NCBI GenBank assembly: GCA_009698615.1
Contig: WLPU01000005.1
Span: 16,051-80,050, forward strand
From: Actinomycetota bacterium
Lineage (GTDB): Bacteria > Actinomycetota > Actinomycetes > Nanopelagicales > Nanopelagicaceae
Length of the DNA: 64,000 nucleotides
Direction of reading: 5' to 3'
Each line of letters starts with the position of its first letter. The stretch's first letter is position 1. The position numbers were made by a program, and so were the translations under genes. This document shows, one piece after another, positions 30,999-45,915 of this stretch. Under the pieces are notes generated by a model, which ran no database searches, was not told where the DNA came from, and saw only the letters and a program-made list of their open reading frames with translations.

Positions 30999-31757
30999 AT
31001 GGAACAACTCACGCTATCTGTGGATTGCGGTGGATTAGGAATCAAGGCATCAGTCCTTGATAGCGCCGGCACAATGCGTACTCCTGCTGTGCGAATTCCT
31101 ACGCCCTATCCGCTTTCTCCGCAGCGGCTAGTAGACACAATCGTTGACTTGGCCAAGACGTTGCCACATGCAGATCGTGCAACGGTCGGTGTGCCAGGAA
31201 TGATTCGCCACGGAGTTGTCGTGGCAACCCCGCATTACATCAACGTTGCCGGACCTTTAACTCGCATGGATCCAGAACTCAAAAAAGCGTGGGGCGGTTT
31301 TGATATGCGCCAAGGGCTTACTGATGCTCTGAAAATGCCGACTCTCGTTCTTAATGATGCCGAAGTTCACGGCGCAGGAGTTGTTGCTGGATCGGGATTT
31401 GAAATCGTAATTACTTTAGGAACTGGTTTGGGCTGCGCAGTATTTGATGGGGGAGTGCTCGCTCCGCATATCGAGCTCTCTCACGCACCGGTGCGTCGTT
31501 TAACTACGTATGACACTTGGATTGGTGAAAATGAGCGACGCAGATTGGGCGACAGTTTTTGGTCACGGCGCATACGAGCGATGGTGGATGAATTACGTCC
31601 GGTATTTCTATGGGATCGACTTTACTTAGGCGGCGGAAACGCACGCCGCATTAAAGATTCTGTGATCCATCGCCTTGGTGATGATGTAGTAATCGTGCCC
31701 AATGAAGCCGGAATAATCGGCGGAGTGCGGGCGTGGAGTTTGATTCGTCCTAGCTAG
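30999..31757 (+). CDS. ROK-family sugar kinase (polyphosphate glucokinase-like)
   Basis: 252 aa. N-terminal ATP-binding motif VDCGGLGIK, LNDAEVHG, GTGLG. Resembles actinobacterial PpgK. Confidence 0.7.
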   Translation: MEQLTLSVDCGGLGIKASVLDSAGTMRTPAVRIPTPYPLSPQRLVDTIVDLAKTLPHADRATVGVPGMIRHGVVVATPHYINVAGPLTRMDPELKKAWGGFDMRQGLTDALKMPTLVLNDAEVHGAGVVAGSGFEIVITLGTGLGCAVFDGGVLAPHIELSHAPVRRLTTYDTWIGENERRRLGDSFWSRRIRAMVDELRPVFLWDRLYLGGGNARRIKDSVIHRLGDDVVIVPNEAGIIGGVRAWSLIRPS

Positions 31758-32056
31758 GACGCAGCCGATATTCTTGGCGGAATTTTGTGTTCAATAATGG
31801 CTAGGCGCTCATCTTCTGTGAGGCCGCCCCAAATTCCGTAAGGCTCTTGTACGGACAACGCATGTTCACGGCATTGCTGAATTACCGGGCAAGAAGCGCA
31901 GATCGTCTTCGCGGCATTTTCACGATTTCGACGGCGTGGACCGCGCTCCCCATCTGGATGGAAAAACATTTCAGTGGGCAGACTCTGGCAGGCGCCCGAA
32001 TACTGCCATTGCCATAAATCAGCAATCGGCTTAGGTAATCTGGAAATCTCGGCCAT
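31754..32056 (-). CDS. WhiB-family [4Fe-4S] transcription factor
   Basis: Four Cys in the WhiB pattern (C...C-x2-C-x5-C: CASCPVIQQC) and a GIWGG turn. Occupies the position of whiB3/whiD next to groEL in other actinobacteria. Confidence 0.9.
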   Translation of the reverse strand: MAEISRLPKPIADLWQWQYSGACQSLPTEMFFHPDGERGPRRRNRENAAKTICASCPVIQQCREHALSVQEPYGIWGGLTEDERLAIIEHKIPPRISAAS

Positions 32057-32115
32057 AGCCCCACACTACAACCGCTTCGTAAGTTGTTCAAGTATGATCG
32101 CCTGGTTCCTTCTCC

Positions 32116-35323
<3,208 letters not shown>

Positions 35324-35331
<8 letters not shown>

Positions 35332-36880
35332 TTCAGTACGCCGAGGCGTATTAGTTGTTGATTTCGGTGCGCAATATGCGCAACTGATTGCACGTCGGGT
35401 GCGCGAGGCGCATGTATTTAGTGAAATCGTTCCTTCTAGCATTACGGCTCAAGAAGTCCGTGCCAAGAACCCTGAAGCAATCATTTTATCTGGCGGCCCC
35501 TCCAGTGTGTACGCAGTTGGAGCACCAAAATTCGACGCAGAAGTATTTGCCTTAGGAATTCCAATTTTTGGTATTTGCTATGGCTTTCAAGTAATGGCCG
35601 CAGCACTGGGCGGAGTCGTCAGCCAAACTGGAAAGTCTGAATTTGGTCGCACAACAATTACAGTCCAAAATTCTTCTGCTTTATTTCAATCTTTGCCAGC
35701 CGAGCAACAGGTGTGGATGAGTCATGGAGATGCGGTAACACAAACACCTGAAGGTTTCACAACTTGTGGATCAACTTCTGATACAAAGATCGCTGCATTT
35801 GAAAATTCCACTGGTCAATTAGCAGGCGTTCAGTTCCATCCAGAAGTCCTGCATTCCAAGTATGGACAAGAAATTTTGCGACGCTGGCTAATAGAAATTG
35901 CACAATGCTCACCCATCTGGACTAGCGCCAATATCGTTGATACTGAAATAGAAAAAATAAAAACCTCAGTCGGATCTAAGCATGTGATTTGCGGCCTTTC
36001 TGGCGGAGTTGATTCAGCAGTTGCAGCCGCAATTGTTCAACGAGCTATTGGATCACAACTGACATGTGTATTTGTCAATCATGGCCTGCTCAGAAGCGGA
36101 GAAGCCGAGCAAGTTGAGAAAGATTTTGTCGCTGCTACGGGCGTCACCCTGAAAGTTATCGATGCTCGCGAACAGTTTTTATCTGCGCTTTCTGGAGTTT
36201 CTGATCCAGAATCCAAACGCAAGATAATTGGTCGCGAATTTATCCGAAGCTTTGAAGCGGCTTCGCGCGAGATCGCAACGAGCGGAGATGTTGAATTCCT
36301 AGTTCAAGGCACTCTCTATCCCGATGTTGTTGAATCAGGCGGCGGAACCGGTACTGCAAACATTAAGTCGCATCACAATGTTGGCGGGCTACCGGATGAT
36401 TTGAAGTTCACCCTCATTGAACCACTTCGCACACTGTTTAAAGATGAAGTGCGACAGGTGGGCCTTCAACTGGGGCTGCCAGAAGAGATTGTCATGCGCC
36501 AACCTTTTCCAGGGCCTGGATTGGCTATACGTATCATTGGTGAAGTTACGGAAGAAAGATTGACGATATTGCGCCACGCAGATGCGATTGTTCGCCAAGA
36601 ATTGCAGGGTGCGGGCCAGGACAGACTCATTTGGCAATGCCCAGTAGTTTTATTGGCCGATGTCAGAAGCGTTGGCGTCCAAGGTGATGGTCGCACCTAT
36701 GGCCACCCCATCGTGCTCAGGCCAGTTTCGAGCGAAGATGCAATGACTGCTGATTGGTCACGATTGCCTTACGAATTACTTGAAAAGATTTCAACACGCA
36801 TTACTAATGAAGTTCGCGATGTTAATCGCGTAATCTTGGACATTACGAGCAAACCACCAGGAACTATCGAATGGGAGTAA
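35324..36880 (+). CDS. guaA: GMP synthase (glutamine-hydrolysing)
   Basis: [34 protein letters not shown]-terminal [11 protein letters not shown] 35324 is preferred; the track start at 35243 would overlap guaB3 by 89 nt. Confidence 0.95.
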
Positions 36881-37554
36881 TTGTTAGAATGACCACCATG
36901 AGACGTATTGCAACTACTGCGGCGTTGACTCTTGCCCTTGTTTCTATTCCGGTTTTGGTATTAGTGGGATCAACGGCCCAGGCACAAGTGGCATGCAAGG
37001 CAACGAAAGCAAAGCCTCATGACCCCAAAGTTGTTACCCCTCCCAAGAAGATATCTTCACAACTGCCTAAGACAATGACTCTGGTAACAAATTGTGGAAA
37101 TATTGCGATCACAACTGTTGGTGTGAAGGCACAAATAACTCTGACCGCTTTGTCCACACTCGCACGCGGTGGTTATTTTGATCTTTCACTGTGTCATCGC
37201 TTAACGACGGATATTATTTTTGTCCTGCAGTGCGGGGACCCAACGGCCACAGGGGGAGGCGGGCCAGCGTGGTCTCCATACCCTGATGAAAATTTGCCAC
37301 AGCAGGTAACTCATAACTATCCAGCCGGAACAGTTGCAATGGCTAACTCTGGGCCAAATACAAATGGGAGCCAGTTCTTTTTGGTCTACGGGGATACAAC
37401 ACTCGGTGCGAGTTACACAATTTGGGGCACCATTACCGCTGGTCTGGACATCGTGAAAGCTATTGCTGCTGGCGGGGTAAAAGCTGGAGGCAGAAGTCCC
37501 GGAGATGGAACACCTAAGAAAACAATTGCTATTGAGAAAGTATTGCTCAAGTAG
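36871..37554 (+). CDS. Secreted cyclophilin-type peptidyl-prolyl isomerase
   Basis: [21 protein letters not shown] motif. N-terminal signal/anchor [32 protein letters not shown] 36889 is an alternative start. Confidence 0.85.
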   Translation: MGVIVRMTTMRRIATTAALTLALVSIPVLVLVGSTAQAQVACKATKAKPHDPKVVTPPKKISSQLPKTMTLVTNCGNIAITTVGVKAQITLTALSTLARGGYFDLSLCHRLTTDIIFVLQCGDPTATGGGGPAWSPYPDENLPQQVTHNYPAGTVAMANSGPNTNGSQFFLVYGDTTLGASYTIWGTITAGLDIVKAIAAGGVKAGGRSPGDGTPKKTIAIEKVLLK

Positions 37555-37556
37555 TT

Positions 37557-38279
37557 TTAGTTTGTATTTACAATCTTAAAGGCTTCAGCGATTGTGCCCT
37601 CGGGCATTCCGGCAAAACCCGCATTGCGCTCTCCCCACGAACGAACCATATTGTCCAACTCTTTATTGTGGGCAGTTTGCGAAACGTGGCAGTGGAGTGC
37701 TGCCATCTTGAGCGGAAATGTTTCTGTGATATCTACAAAATGATCAGGGACGGCATGGCTCATCACCCATACTTCCTTGACTCGCCACGGTTGATGACCG
37801 GCTTCCATGAGATCAGGAAATGCGAATGGATTTCTAGCATCTGGATACACAGCCTGAATTGCACTTTCTCCTGCTGCTAAATGATCTGGATGGCTTGCTC
37901 CGATTCGATCCCAATTTCTTTCTGGGCTTTGGCACACTAAGCGATCAGGTTGCGATATACGAATTGCGCGGACAATATCTTTTCGTAATCCAATTGTAGA
38001 TTCCAATGAACCATCTCGATAATTCAAGAATGTAATATCTGTAACGCCGATTGCAGCACCGGCTTCGCGTTGTTCGCGTTGGCGCACTGCTGGCATCTCC
38101 TCTACTGGAATTCCAGATTCTTCGCCGCCTTGATCTCCGTTTGTACAGATGCAGTAGGCAACATGAATACCTTTTTTGACCCACGTGGCGATGGTTCCGG
38201 ATGCGCCGAAATCAGAATCATCAGGGTGTGCAGTAACTACTAATACCCGTTTGATCTCACTATCGGCGATTGGTTCCAT
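37557..38279 (-). CDS. PIG-L/LmbE-family N-acetylglucosaminyl deacetylase
   Basis: VVTAHPDDSDFG and HPDH zinc motifs, 240 aa. Confidence 0.8.
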   Translation of the reverse strand: MEPIADSEIKRVLVVTAHPDDSDFGASGTIATWVKKGIHVAYCICTNGDQGGEESGIPVEEMPAVRQREQREAGAAIGVTDITFLNYRDGSLESTIGLRKDIVRAIRISQPDRLVCQSPERNWDRIGASHPDHLAAGESAIQAVYPDARNPFAFPDLMEAGHQPWRVKEVWVMSHAVPDHFVDITETFPLKMAALHCHVSQTAHNKELDNMVRSWGERNAGFAGMPEGTIAEAFKIVNTN

Positions 38280-38327
38280 TTTGTGTCCTTACTCGTGGGT
38301 GCTCTTGCGTTGCTGAAGCCTAATAGA

Positions 38328-40577
38328 ATGCGCTCCATGATGAGCACCGATCCTTTACTTGACGGGCTCAATCCTCAGCAGCAAAAGGCTGTGACCCATG
38401 CCGGCGGACCGTTGCTCGTTGTTGCCGGAGCAGGATCGGGAAAAACTCGAGTTCTGACACGGCGCATTGCCTATTTAATGGCCCGCCGCGGGGCCGCACC
38501 GTACGAGATTCTCGCTATCACTTTCACAAATAAGGCAGCTGGTGAAATGAAAGAGCGTGTTGCTGAATTAGTGGGTCCTATCGCCCGTTCCATGTGGGTC
38601 TCTACTTTTCACTCAGCTTGTGTCCGAATTTTGCGACAAGAAGCTTCCCGATTGGGTTACAGCAATTCATTTAGCATTTATGACCAAGCCGATAGTTTGC
38701 GGCTTATTACGATCGTTTCGAAAGAACTTAACTTGGATTCGAAGCGCTACCCAGCAAGACAATTTCAATCAATGATTTCAAATGCAAAAAATGAACTCCT
38801 TGGACCGGCTGGCTATCTTGATGCAACACAAAATCAGTTTGAACAGGTTGTCGCTGAGGTATATGCCGTGTATCAGCGAAGGCTTCAACAAGCCAACGCC
38901 ATGGACTTTGATGATTTGATTCTCAAAACTGTTGAGGTCTTACAAAGGTTTCCAGAAAGCAAAGCGCGTTTTCGTTCTCGCTTTCGACATGTCTTAGTTG
39001 ATGAATATCAAGATACTAACCACGCCCAATATCAACTCATTCGCGAACTCGTAGGCAGCGAATCTGAAGGACTTGCACCAGCCGAGTTATGCGTAGTCGG
39101 CGATGCGGATCAGTCTATCTATGGTTTCCGTGGTGCAACAATTAGAAATATTTTGCAATTTGAGATGGATTACCCCAACGCGACAACTGTTCTGCTTGAA
39201 CAAAATTATCGTTCCTCTCAAAATATTCTCAATGCAGCCAACGCTGTTATCACCCAAAACGAGAGTCGTAAAGAGAAGAACCTCTGGTCCGACGCTGGCT
39301 CTGGCTCACCACTAGTGGGCTATGTAGCAGAATCCGAACATGATGAAGCAGAGTTCATCAAAGACGAAATTAGGTCTTTGCATAATGCTGGCACATCTTC
39401 CCCAGGGGACACTGCCATCTTCTACAGAACCAATGCCCAATCTCGCGTATTTGAAGAAGTTTTCATGCGGGCGGCGCTGCCTTACAAAGTAGTTGGTGGC
39501 GTGCGATTTTATGAGCGAAAAGAAGTGAAGGACTTGCTTGCTTATTTGCGAGTTCTCGCAAACCCCAATGATGAAGTTTCTTTGCGTCGAATTATCAACG
39601 TTCCAAAACGTGGAATTGGCGATCGTGCCTTGGATTGCGTCGACCTCTTCGTACAAAAAGAGTTCACCTCGTTTTGGCAGGGATTGCATAGAGCCAATGA
39701 AATCGAAGAGATGCCAGCTCGTGCTGGCGCCTCAGTGCACGAATTTCTTTCAATGATTTCGGCACTGAGAGTTCTCGTGGAAGCAAAGGTCCGACCTTCA
39801 GTGATCATCGAAGCAGTGTTGGAGCAATCGGGGCTTTTGGCAGAACTATCGGCGAGTAAGGATCCTCAAGATGAAGTGCGGGTGGAAAACTTAAAAGAAT
39901 TAGTTGCGGTTTCACTTGAGTACGAAGAGCGCCCGTTCGAATCTTTGGGAGAGGATGAAGAGATATCCCTTTCTGGTTTTCTCGAGCAAGTTTCGTTAGT
40001 AGCGGACGCAGATGAAATACCAGATGGTGCAGATCATGGCGGCGTCGTTACCTTGATGACATTGCACACTGCAAAGGGTCTTGAATTCCCTACAGTCTTT
40101 CTCACCGGACTTGAAGATGGAATTTTTCCGCACTCACGCACGCTTGGTGAGAAGAATGAAATAGAGGAAGAACGCCGTCTAGCCTATGTTGGTCTTACGC
40201 GCGCTGAACAAAGGCTCTACTTAACTCGAGCCGAATATAGATCTTCGTGGGGAGCACCGAGTTATAACCCACCTTCACGTTTCTTAGAAGAAATTCCAGA
40301 TGATGTAATTGAATGGAGAAATACAACTGTGACAAAACTTCGCGTGCCCAGCGCAACAGCACGACGTAATTTTTCGGCGCCACCTCCACGCGCCACTGGC
40401 AAGAAGAGTGAAACGTTGGATCTGGCTGTCGGCGAGCGTGTGTCACATGACACATTTGGCCTCGGTACTGTGGTTTCCCTTTCTGGCGAGGGAGATCGGG
40501 CTGAGGCGACTATTAATTTCGGAACCTTTGGTGAGAAGCGTTTGCTGCTGCGTTATGCCCCTGTTGAGAAGCTCTAG
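38328..40577 (+). CDS. pcrA: ATP-dependent DNA helicase PcrA/UvrD
   Basis: LNPQQQKAV, AGAGSGKT, DEYQDTN, VGDADQSIY, TLHTAKGLEF. Start is uncertain (38283 GTG, 38328 ATG or 38337 ATG). Confidence 0.9.
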   Translation: MRSMMSTDPLLDGLNPQQQKAVTHAGGPLLVVAGAGSGKTRVLTRRIAYLMARRGAAPYEILAITFTNKAAGEMKERVAELVGPIARSMWVSTFHSACVRILRQEASRLGYSNSFSIYDQADSLRLITIVSKELNLDSKRYPARQFQSMISNAKNELLGPAGYLDATQNQFEQVVAEVYAVYQRRLQQANAMDFDDLILKTVEVLQRFPESKARFRSRFRHVLVDEYQDTNHAQYQLIRELVGSESEGLAPAELCVVGDADQSIYGFRGATIRNILQFEMDYPNATTVLLEQNYRSSQNILNAANAVITQNESRKEKNLWSDAGSGSPLVGYVAESEHDEAEFIKDEIRSLHNAGTSSPGDTAIFYRTNAQSRVFEEVFMRAALPYKVVGGVRFYERKEVKDLLAYLRVLANPNDEVSLRRIINVPKRGIGDRALDCVDLFVQKEFTSFWQGLHRANEIEEMPARAGASVHEFLSMISALRVLVEAKVRPSVIIEAVLEQSGLLAELSASKDPQDEVRVENLKELVAVSLEYEERPFESLGEDEEISLSGFLEQVSLVADADEIPDGADHGGVVTLMTLHTAKGLEFPTVFLTGLEDGIFPHSRTLGEKNEIEEERRLAYVGLTRAEQRLYLTRAEYRSSWGAPSYNPPSRFLEEIPDDVIEWRNTTVTKLRVPSATARRNFSAPPPRATGKKSETLDLAVGERVSHDTFGLGTVVSLSGEGDRAEATINFGTFGEKRLLLRYAPVEKL

Positions 40578-40630
40578 GATTACACCCGTTCGTACCCGCA
40601 TTACTTGCCTCACGTTGAATGGAGTTATAA

Positions 40631-41794
40631 GTGGATCTCTTTGAATATCAAGCTAGAGATCTCTTTGAAAAACATGGCGTTCCAGTTCTCGCTGGCGCTG
40701 TTGCAACAACTGCCGATGAAGCCGAAAGTGCAGCTCGTTCAATCGGTGGCAAAGTAGTAGTTAAAGCTCAAGTGAAAGTAGGCGGACGGGGTAAAGCAGG
40801 CGGAGTCAAAGTTGCAGAAGGTTCGACGCAGGCACGTGAAATGGCATCAGCGATCCTTGGTATGGACATCAAAGGCCACATAGTTAAGAAAGTTATGATC
40901 GCCCAAGCAGCTCCCATTGAATCTGAGTATTACTTAGCAATTTTGTTAGATCGCTCAAACCGCACCTTTCTGGTTATGGCATCGGTTGCAGGCGGTATGG
41001 ATATCGAGCAAGTGGCACACGAAACTCCTGAAAAGTTAGCGAAGATTCCCGTCAATTCCAATGATGGAATTTCACCAGAATTAGCTCGAAAAATTATTAA
41101 AGATGCGCAATTTCCATCAGATGTTGCTGAGCAAGTTGCTGACACCTTAGCTTTGATCTGGAAACTCTTCGTCGCTGAAGATGCCACTCTTGTTGAGATT
41201 AATCCTTTAGTAAAGACCTCGAATGGAAAGATTATTGCCCTAGACGGCAAAGTGACTCTTGATGACAATGCAGACTTTAGGCATGCAGATCATGAAGCAC
41301 TCATTGATCATTCCGCGACAGATCCGTTGGAAGCCCTTGCAAAAGAGAAGAGTCTCAACTACGTCAAGCTAGATGGAGAAGTTGGCATCATTGGAAATGG
41401 TGCGGGCCTTGTCATGAGCACCCTAGATGTTGTTGCCTACGCCGGTGAAAAATTTGGCGGAGTAAGGCCTGCAAATTTCCTAGATATTGGTGGCGGTGCC
41501 TCGGCGCAAGTTATGGCCGATGGTCTGTCGATTATTTTGGGCGATAAAGATGTCAAAAGCGTTTTTGTAAACGTGTTTGGCGGCATTACATCGTGTGATG
41601 CCGTTGCAAATGGCATCGTTCAAGCACTTGAAATGCTGGGGGATAAGGCAACCAAACCGATAGTGGTGCGCCTGGATGGCAACAACGTTATTGAAGGACG
41701 TGCGATTTTGAATCAAGCGGCTCATCCATTGATCCAGCAACTCGACACGATGGATGGCGCTGCTGCTCGCGCTGCAGAATTGGCGGCAAAGTAA
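40631..41794 (+). CDS. sucC: Succinyl-CoA synthetase beta subunit
   Basis: (M)[18 protein letters not shown], 387 aa, GTG start. Confidence 0.95.
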   Translation: MDLFEYQARDLFEKHGVPVLAGAVATTADEAESAARSIGGKVVVKAQVKVGGRGKAGGVKVAEGSTQAREMASAILGMDIKGHIVKKVMIAQAAPIESEYYLAILLDRSNRTFLVMASVAGGMDIEQVAHETPEKLAKIPVNSNDGISPELARKIIKDAQFPSDVAEQVADTLALIWKLFVAEDATLVEINPLVKTSNGKIIALDGKVTLDDNADFRHADHEALIDHSATDPLEALAKEKSLNYVKLDGEVGIIGNGAGLVMSTLDVVAYAGEKFGGVRPANFLDIGGGASAQVMADGLSIILGDKDVKSVFVNVFGGITSCDAVANGIVQALEMLGDKATKPIVVRLDGNNVIEGRAILNQAAHPLIQQLDTMDGAAARAAELAAK

Positions 41795-42675
41795 TGTCAA
41801 TTTTTATCAATAAAACTTCCCGAGTCATCGTGCAGGGCATGACCGGATCTGAAGGCACCAAACACACACGCCGCATGTTGGCAGCGGGGACACTCATTGT
41901 GGGCGGGGTGACGCCAGGCAAAGGTGGGCAAGTTCTCGACATTGATGGACACTCACTGCCTGTCTTCAATTCAGTGAGCGAAGCGGTTGCAGCAACGCAG
42001 GCAGATACCTCTGTTGTATTTGTTCCACCTAAATTTGCCAAAGCAGCAGTTGTCGACGCAATCGATGCAGCGCTTCCTCTCGTTGTCGTCATCACCGAAG
42101 GAATTCCCGTCCATGACACAGCCGCGTTCTTTGCCTACGCACAAGCGCGCGGAAAGACACGCATCATCGGGCCAAATTGCCCTGGCCTGATTACTCCGAG
42201 TCAATCAAATGTCGGCATCATCCCTGCAGATATCACTGGCGCAGGTCCTATCGGTTTAGTTTCAAAATCTGGCACGCTGACTTATCAAATGATGTTTGAA
42301 TTACGAGATATTGGTTTTACGACAGCAGTTGGAATTGGTGGGGATCCAATTATTGGAACTACTCATATCGATTGCCTGCGAGCATTCCAGGACGATCCAG
42401 AGACAAAAGCGATTGTGATGATTGGTGAAATTGGTGGAGATGCTGAAGAGCGCGCCGCACAATTTATTAGCGAATATGTAACAAAACCAGTCATTGGCTA
42501 CGTTGCAGGCTTTACGGCTCCAGAAGGCAAGACCATGGGTCATGCTGGTGCAATAGTTTCTGGTTCCTCCGGTACAGCGCAAGGCAAGAAAGATGCGTTG
42601 GAGAAAGCTGGCGTCCAAGTAGGTCAAACTCCTAGCGAAACCGCGCGCCTTACGCGTGCGATCTTGAAGCGATAG
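41794..42675 (+). CDS. sucD: Succinyl-CoA synthetase alpha subunit
   Basis: [21 protein letters not shown], and the phosphohistidine loop GHAGAIV. Confidence 0.95.
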   Translation: MSIFINKTSRVIVQGMTGSEGTKHTRRMLAAGTLIVGGVTPGKGGQVLDIDGHSLPVFNSVSEAVAATQADTSVVFVPPKFAKAAVVDAIDAALPLVVVITEGIPVHDTAAFFAYAQARGKTRIIGPNCPGLITPSQSNVGIIPADITGAGPIGLVSKSGTLTYQMMFELRDIGFTTAVGIGGDPIIGTTHIDCLRAFQDDPETKAIVMIGEIGGDAEERAAQFISEYVTKPVIGYVAGFTAPEGKTMGHAGAIVSGSSGTAQGKKDALEKAGVQVGQTPSETARLTRAILKR

Positions 42676-42680
42676 TACGA

Positions 42681-43784
42681 ATGTTTCAACGCGTCCTTTG
42701 GGTCTCGTTGATGCAAGTTCTGCGTAGCATCGCACTCGTACTACTTCCTACTTCTTTTATCGCACTTCTTGGTTGGGCTACCGCAGGAAGCAGTAATGGC
42801 AATACAGCCGATCCCATCAGGGCCGCGCTATGGATTTGGATGGCGGCGCATCACCTTCCATTCCAATTAATTCTTCCGCCCGCTGGTCAAAATGGATTAC
42901 TCACCTACCTACCGATAGGTGCGCTGCTTCTTCCAGTTCTCGCGATTCGAAGCAGTTTTGCCAGGGCAATTAATCACATTGATATCGGAGAACGTGCACT
43001 ATCGCTATCTCGAATCTTGTTCTCGGCTCTATACGCTACGTGCGCCACCATAATTGCGTGGGTTTCAACTACACATGCAGTGCGTCCGCTGCTTTACTGT
43101 GTTCCTTTTTTTACAGCACCTGGGGTTTGGCTCATCACTGGAAGTGTTCGAGCGCGTAATCGTCGCCGAATCAACGATCCCCTCAATCCAGCAAAGAAGT
43201 TGTTGGCGATGGTGCTTGGCGTTTCTTCCCTGACTTTGGGAGTTTCACTTTTTCTGCATCTAGGAACGGTCGAAAATCTAATAACAGTACTGAAGCCAGG
43301 ATTTTTGGGTGGGCTCTTATTACTACTACTAAATATTTTTTATCTACCCAATGCAATTATTGCAGCGCTTTCCTACCTTGCCGGATCCGGTTTTGCTGTC
43401 GGCGCTCATACATTGATTTCTCCATGGACTCATTCGATCGCGGAAATTCCAGCACTGCCGCTCTTAGGGGCGCTGCCGACAGGCCGCCATCCATTGATGT
43501 TGATCAGCATCGCACTCTTTGTTTTCTGCGGTGGAAGTCTCTACACGTGGAGCATTAATCAAGATCGACGTGTACTTGTACAAAACTACCTTTTTATTAT
43601 TGTGGCATCTGGACTACTTGCACTATTAGGTAGTGGAGCTCTGATGACTCCGGCACTCCACGCGGTCGGAGTATCAGCATGGCAAATGACCAGCGCCATT
43701 GCTCTCGAAATCGGTGTAGGAATTGCATTGGCTGCGTTTGTACCTCGTTTGGCCGATCTCCTGCCGTTTCGAGGAAGGCGTTGA
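42681..43784 (+). CDS. Polytopic membrane protein (PerM/DUF6350-like by position)
   Basis: 367 aa with about 10 hydrophobic segments. Lies between sucD and purN, where mycobacteria carry perM. No enzymatic motif seen. Confidence 0.55.
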   Translation: MFQRVLWVSLMQVLRSIALVLLPTSFIALLGWATAGSSNGNTADPIRAALWIWMAAHHLPFQLILPPAGQNGLLTYLPIGALLLPVLAIRSSFARAINHIDIGERALSLSRILFSALYATCATIIAWVSTTHAVRPLLYCVPFFTAPGVWLITGSVRARNRRRINDPLNPAKKLLAMVLGVSSLTLGVSLFLHLGTVENLITVLKPGFLGGLLLLLLNIFYLPNAIIAALSYLAGSGFAVGAHTLISPWTHSIAEIPALPLLGALPTGRHPLMLISIALFVFCGGSLYTWSINQDRRVLVQNYLFIIVASGLLALLGSGALMTPALHAVGVSAWQMTSAIALEIGVGIALAAFVPRLADLLPFRGRR

Positions 43785-44356
43785 AATCTAGGTTGGTTGT
43801 AATGGCATCTGGAAACGGATCCATTGCACAAGCAATTATTGATGCAGCGTTACAACAGAATTTTCCTGCGCAAATTGTCGCAGTAGTGTGCGATCAACCC
43901 GAGGCTCGCGTACTCGTTCGAGCCACTACAGCCAAGATTCCAACATTTATCACACCGCTAGGTGCAGATAGAAAGCACTGGGATGATGAAATCTTTGCGA
44001 CAGTTGAGTCCCTTAATCCAGATCTCGTCGTCAGCGCAGGGTTCATGCGGATCTTGTCTCCAGAATTTGTTTCGCACTTTAAGGTGATCAATTCTCACCC
44101 CGCCCTTTTGCCTTTATTTCCAGGAGCACACGCAGTTGCAGATGCACTTGCGGCGGGGGTCTCACGTACCGGAATTACTGTTCATTGGGTGGACAAGGGA
44201 GTCGACACAGGTGAAGTGATAGCTCAGCAACCCGTCGAAATTCTTCCAAATGATGATGTTGCTTCACTGCACGAGCGCATTAAGATTATCGAACGCGCTC
44301 TGATCGTTTCGACCATAGAAAAGATTGTATTAAGTATGAGGAAAACAGATGCCTGA
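43781..44356 (+). CDS. purN: Phosphoribosylglycinamide formyltransferase
   Basis: [10 protein letters not shown] and [16 protein letters not shown] motifs. TTG 43781 (4-nt overlap with the upstream stop) gives a normal 191-aa protein. The track start at 43679 overlaps the membrane gene by 106 nt. Confidence 0.88.
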   Translation: MKSRLVVMASGNGSIAQAIIDAALQQNFPAQIVAVVCDQPEARVLVRATTAKIPTFITPLGADRKHWDDEIFATVESLNPDLVVSAGFMRILSPEFVSHFKVINSHPALLPLFPGAHAVADALAAGVSRTGITVHWVDKGVDTGEVIAQQPVEILPNDDVASLHERIKIIERALIVSTIEKIVLSMRKTDA

Positions 44357-45896
44357 TCGAAAGAAGATTCATCGCGCCCTTCTCAGTGTTTATGACAAAA
44401 CTGGGTTAGTCGAGCTCGGTCAGGCATTGCATGACGCCGATATTGAAATTTTATCCACTGGATCTACAGCAAAGCATTTGGAAGGCGCTGGTATTCCTGT
44501 CACTCATGTTAGTGATTACACAGGATTTCCAGAAATTATGGGCGGGCGAGTAAAAACGTTGCATCCCAGAATTCATTCCGGCATTTTGGCAGATCAACAG
44601 AATCCAGAGCACATGAAAGCCATTGCGCAGTTAGATATTGCGCCATTTGATCTTGTCGTTATTAACCTCTATCCATTTGCAGCCACAATCGCATCCGGAG
44701 CCGATTTCACCGAGTGCATAGAACAAATAGACATTGGCGGCCCTTCTATGCTCCGCGGCGCTGCAAAGAATCACGGCAGCGTTGCTGTCATATGCCAAAC
44801 GTCGCAATATCCCAAGTTGCACGAGGCAATTCGCGCCGGAGGATTTACTGCGCAACAGCGTAAGGAGTTAGCGCTAGAGGTATTCCGAACGACTACAGAG
44901 TATGACCTAGCGATTGCAAATTGGTTAAGCACAGACGACTCAGCAGAACTCCCAGATTGGTATGGCCGTATTTGGAAACGTAAGGACGAACTTCGCTATG
45001 GTGAAAACCCCCATCAAGGTTCTGCCATTTACTCAGAAGTTGGTGCACCTGGGGGCATAGTTACCGCAGTACAAATACACGGCAAGGAAATGTCTTTTAA
45101 TAATTACACTGATGCAGACGCTGCTTGGCGCGCAGCCCATGACCATGCAAGTCCATGTGTTGCAATCATCAAGCATGCTAACCCTTGTGGGATTGCGGTC
45201 GCTACCACAATTTCGTTGGCGCATAAAAAAGCGCATGCTTGTGATCCTGTTTCAGCATTCGGAGGCGTTGTCGCAGCAAACCGTGAAGTTGATGGCGATA
45301 TGGCGCTAGAGCTCTCTCAGATTTTCACAGAAGTTGTGATAGCTCCAAGTTTTTCACAGCAAGCTATTGAAATCCTCAGCAAGAAGCCATCTATACGAAT
45401 TCTAGAATGCAAGAGTGGAGATTTTGAAAGTTACGAACTTCGTCCTGTCTCTGGTGGCCTCCTACTTCAGCAAAGAGATCTCGTTGATGCGCCGGGAGAT
45501 GATTCGAAGAATTGGGTTCAAGTCTCAGGTGGTTCAGTCTCTGCTGCAGAACTCGAAGACTTGCAATTTGCTTGGCGCAGCGTTCGCGCAGTTAAAAGCA
45601 ATGCAATTTTGTTAGCGAAAGATGGAGCATCTATAGGAATTGGCATGGGACAAGTCAATCGTGTCGACTCAGCCAAACTTGCTGTCGATCGAGCAGGAGT
45701 TCGAGTGAGCGGATCAGTTGCGGCAAGTGATGCATTTTTTCCATTTGTCGATGGTCTAGAGATCTTGATCAAGGCAGGGGTAAGCGCGATTGTTCAACCT
45801 GGTGGAAGTGTGAGAGACGAGGAAGTTATTGCTGCGGCAAAAGTGGCCAATATCCCTATGTTCTTCACCGCTACCCGCCACTTCTCTCACGCCTAA
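44349..45896 (+). CDS. purH: Bifunctional AICAR transformylase / IMP cyclohydrolase
   Basis: [21 protein letters not shown]-terminal [10 protein letters not shown]. Confidence 0.95.
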   Translation: MPDRKKIHRALLSVYDKTGLVELGQALHDADIEILSTGSTAKHLEGAGIPVTHVSDYTGFPEIMGGRVKTLHPRIHSGILADQQNPEHMKAIAQLDIAPFDLVVINLYPFAATIASGADFTECIEQIDIGGPSMLRGAAKNHGSVAVICQTSQYPKLHEAIRAGGFTAQQRKELALEVFRTTTEYDLAIANWLSTDDSAELPDWYGRIWKRKDELRYGENPHQGSAIYSEVGAPGGIVTAVQIHGKEMSFNNYTDADAAWRAAHDHASPCVAIIKHANPCGIAVATTISLAHKKAHACDPVSAFGGVVAANREVDGDMALELSQIFTEVVIAPSFSQQAIEILSKKPSIRILECKSGDFESYELRPVSGGLLLQQRDLVDAPGDDSKNWVQVSGGSVSAAELEDLQFAWRSVRAVKSNAILLAKDGASIGIGMGQVNRVDSAKLAVDRAGVRVSGSVAASDAFFPFVDGLEILIKAGVSAIVQPGGSVRDEEVIAAAKVANIPMFFTATRHFSHA

Positions 45897-45915
45897 TCGC
45901 TATTAGGATTGCCAT

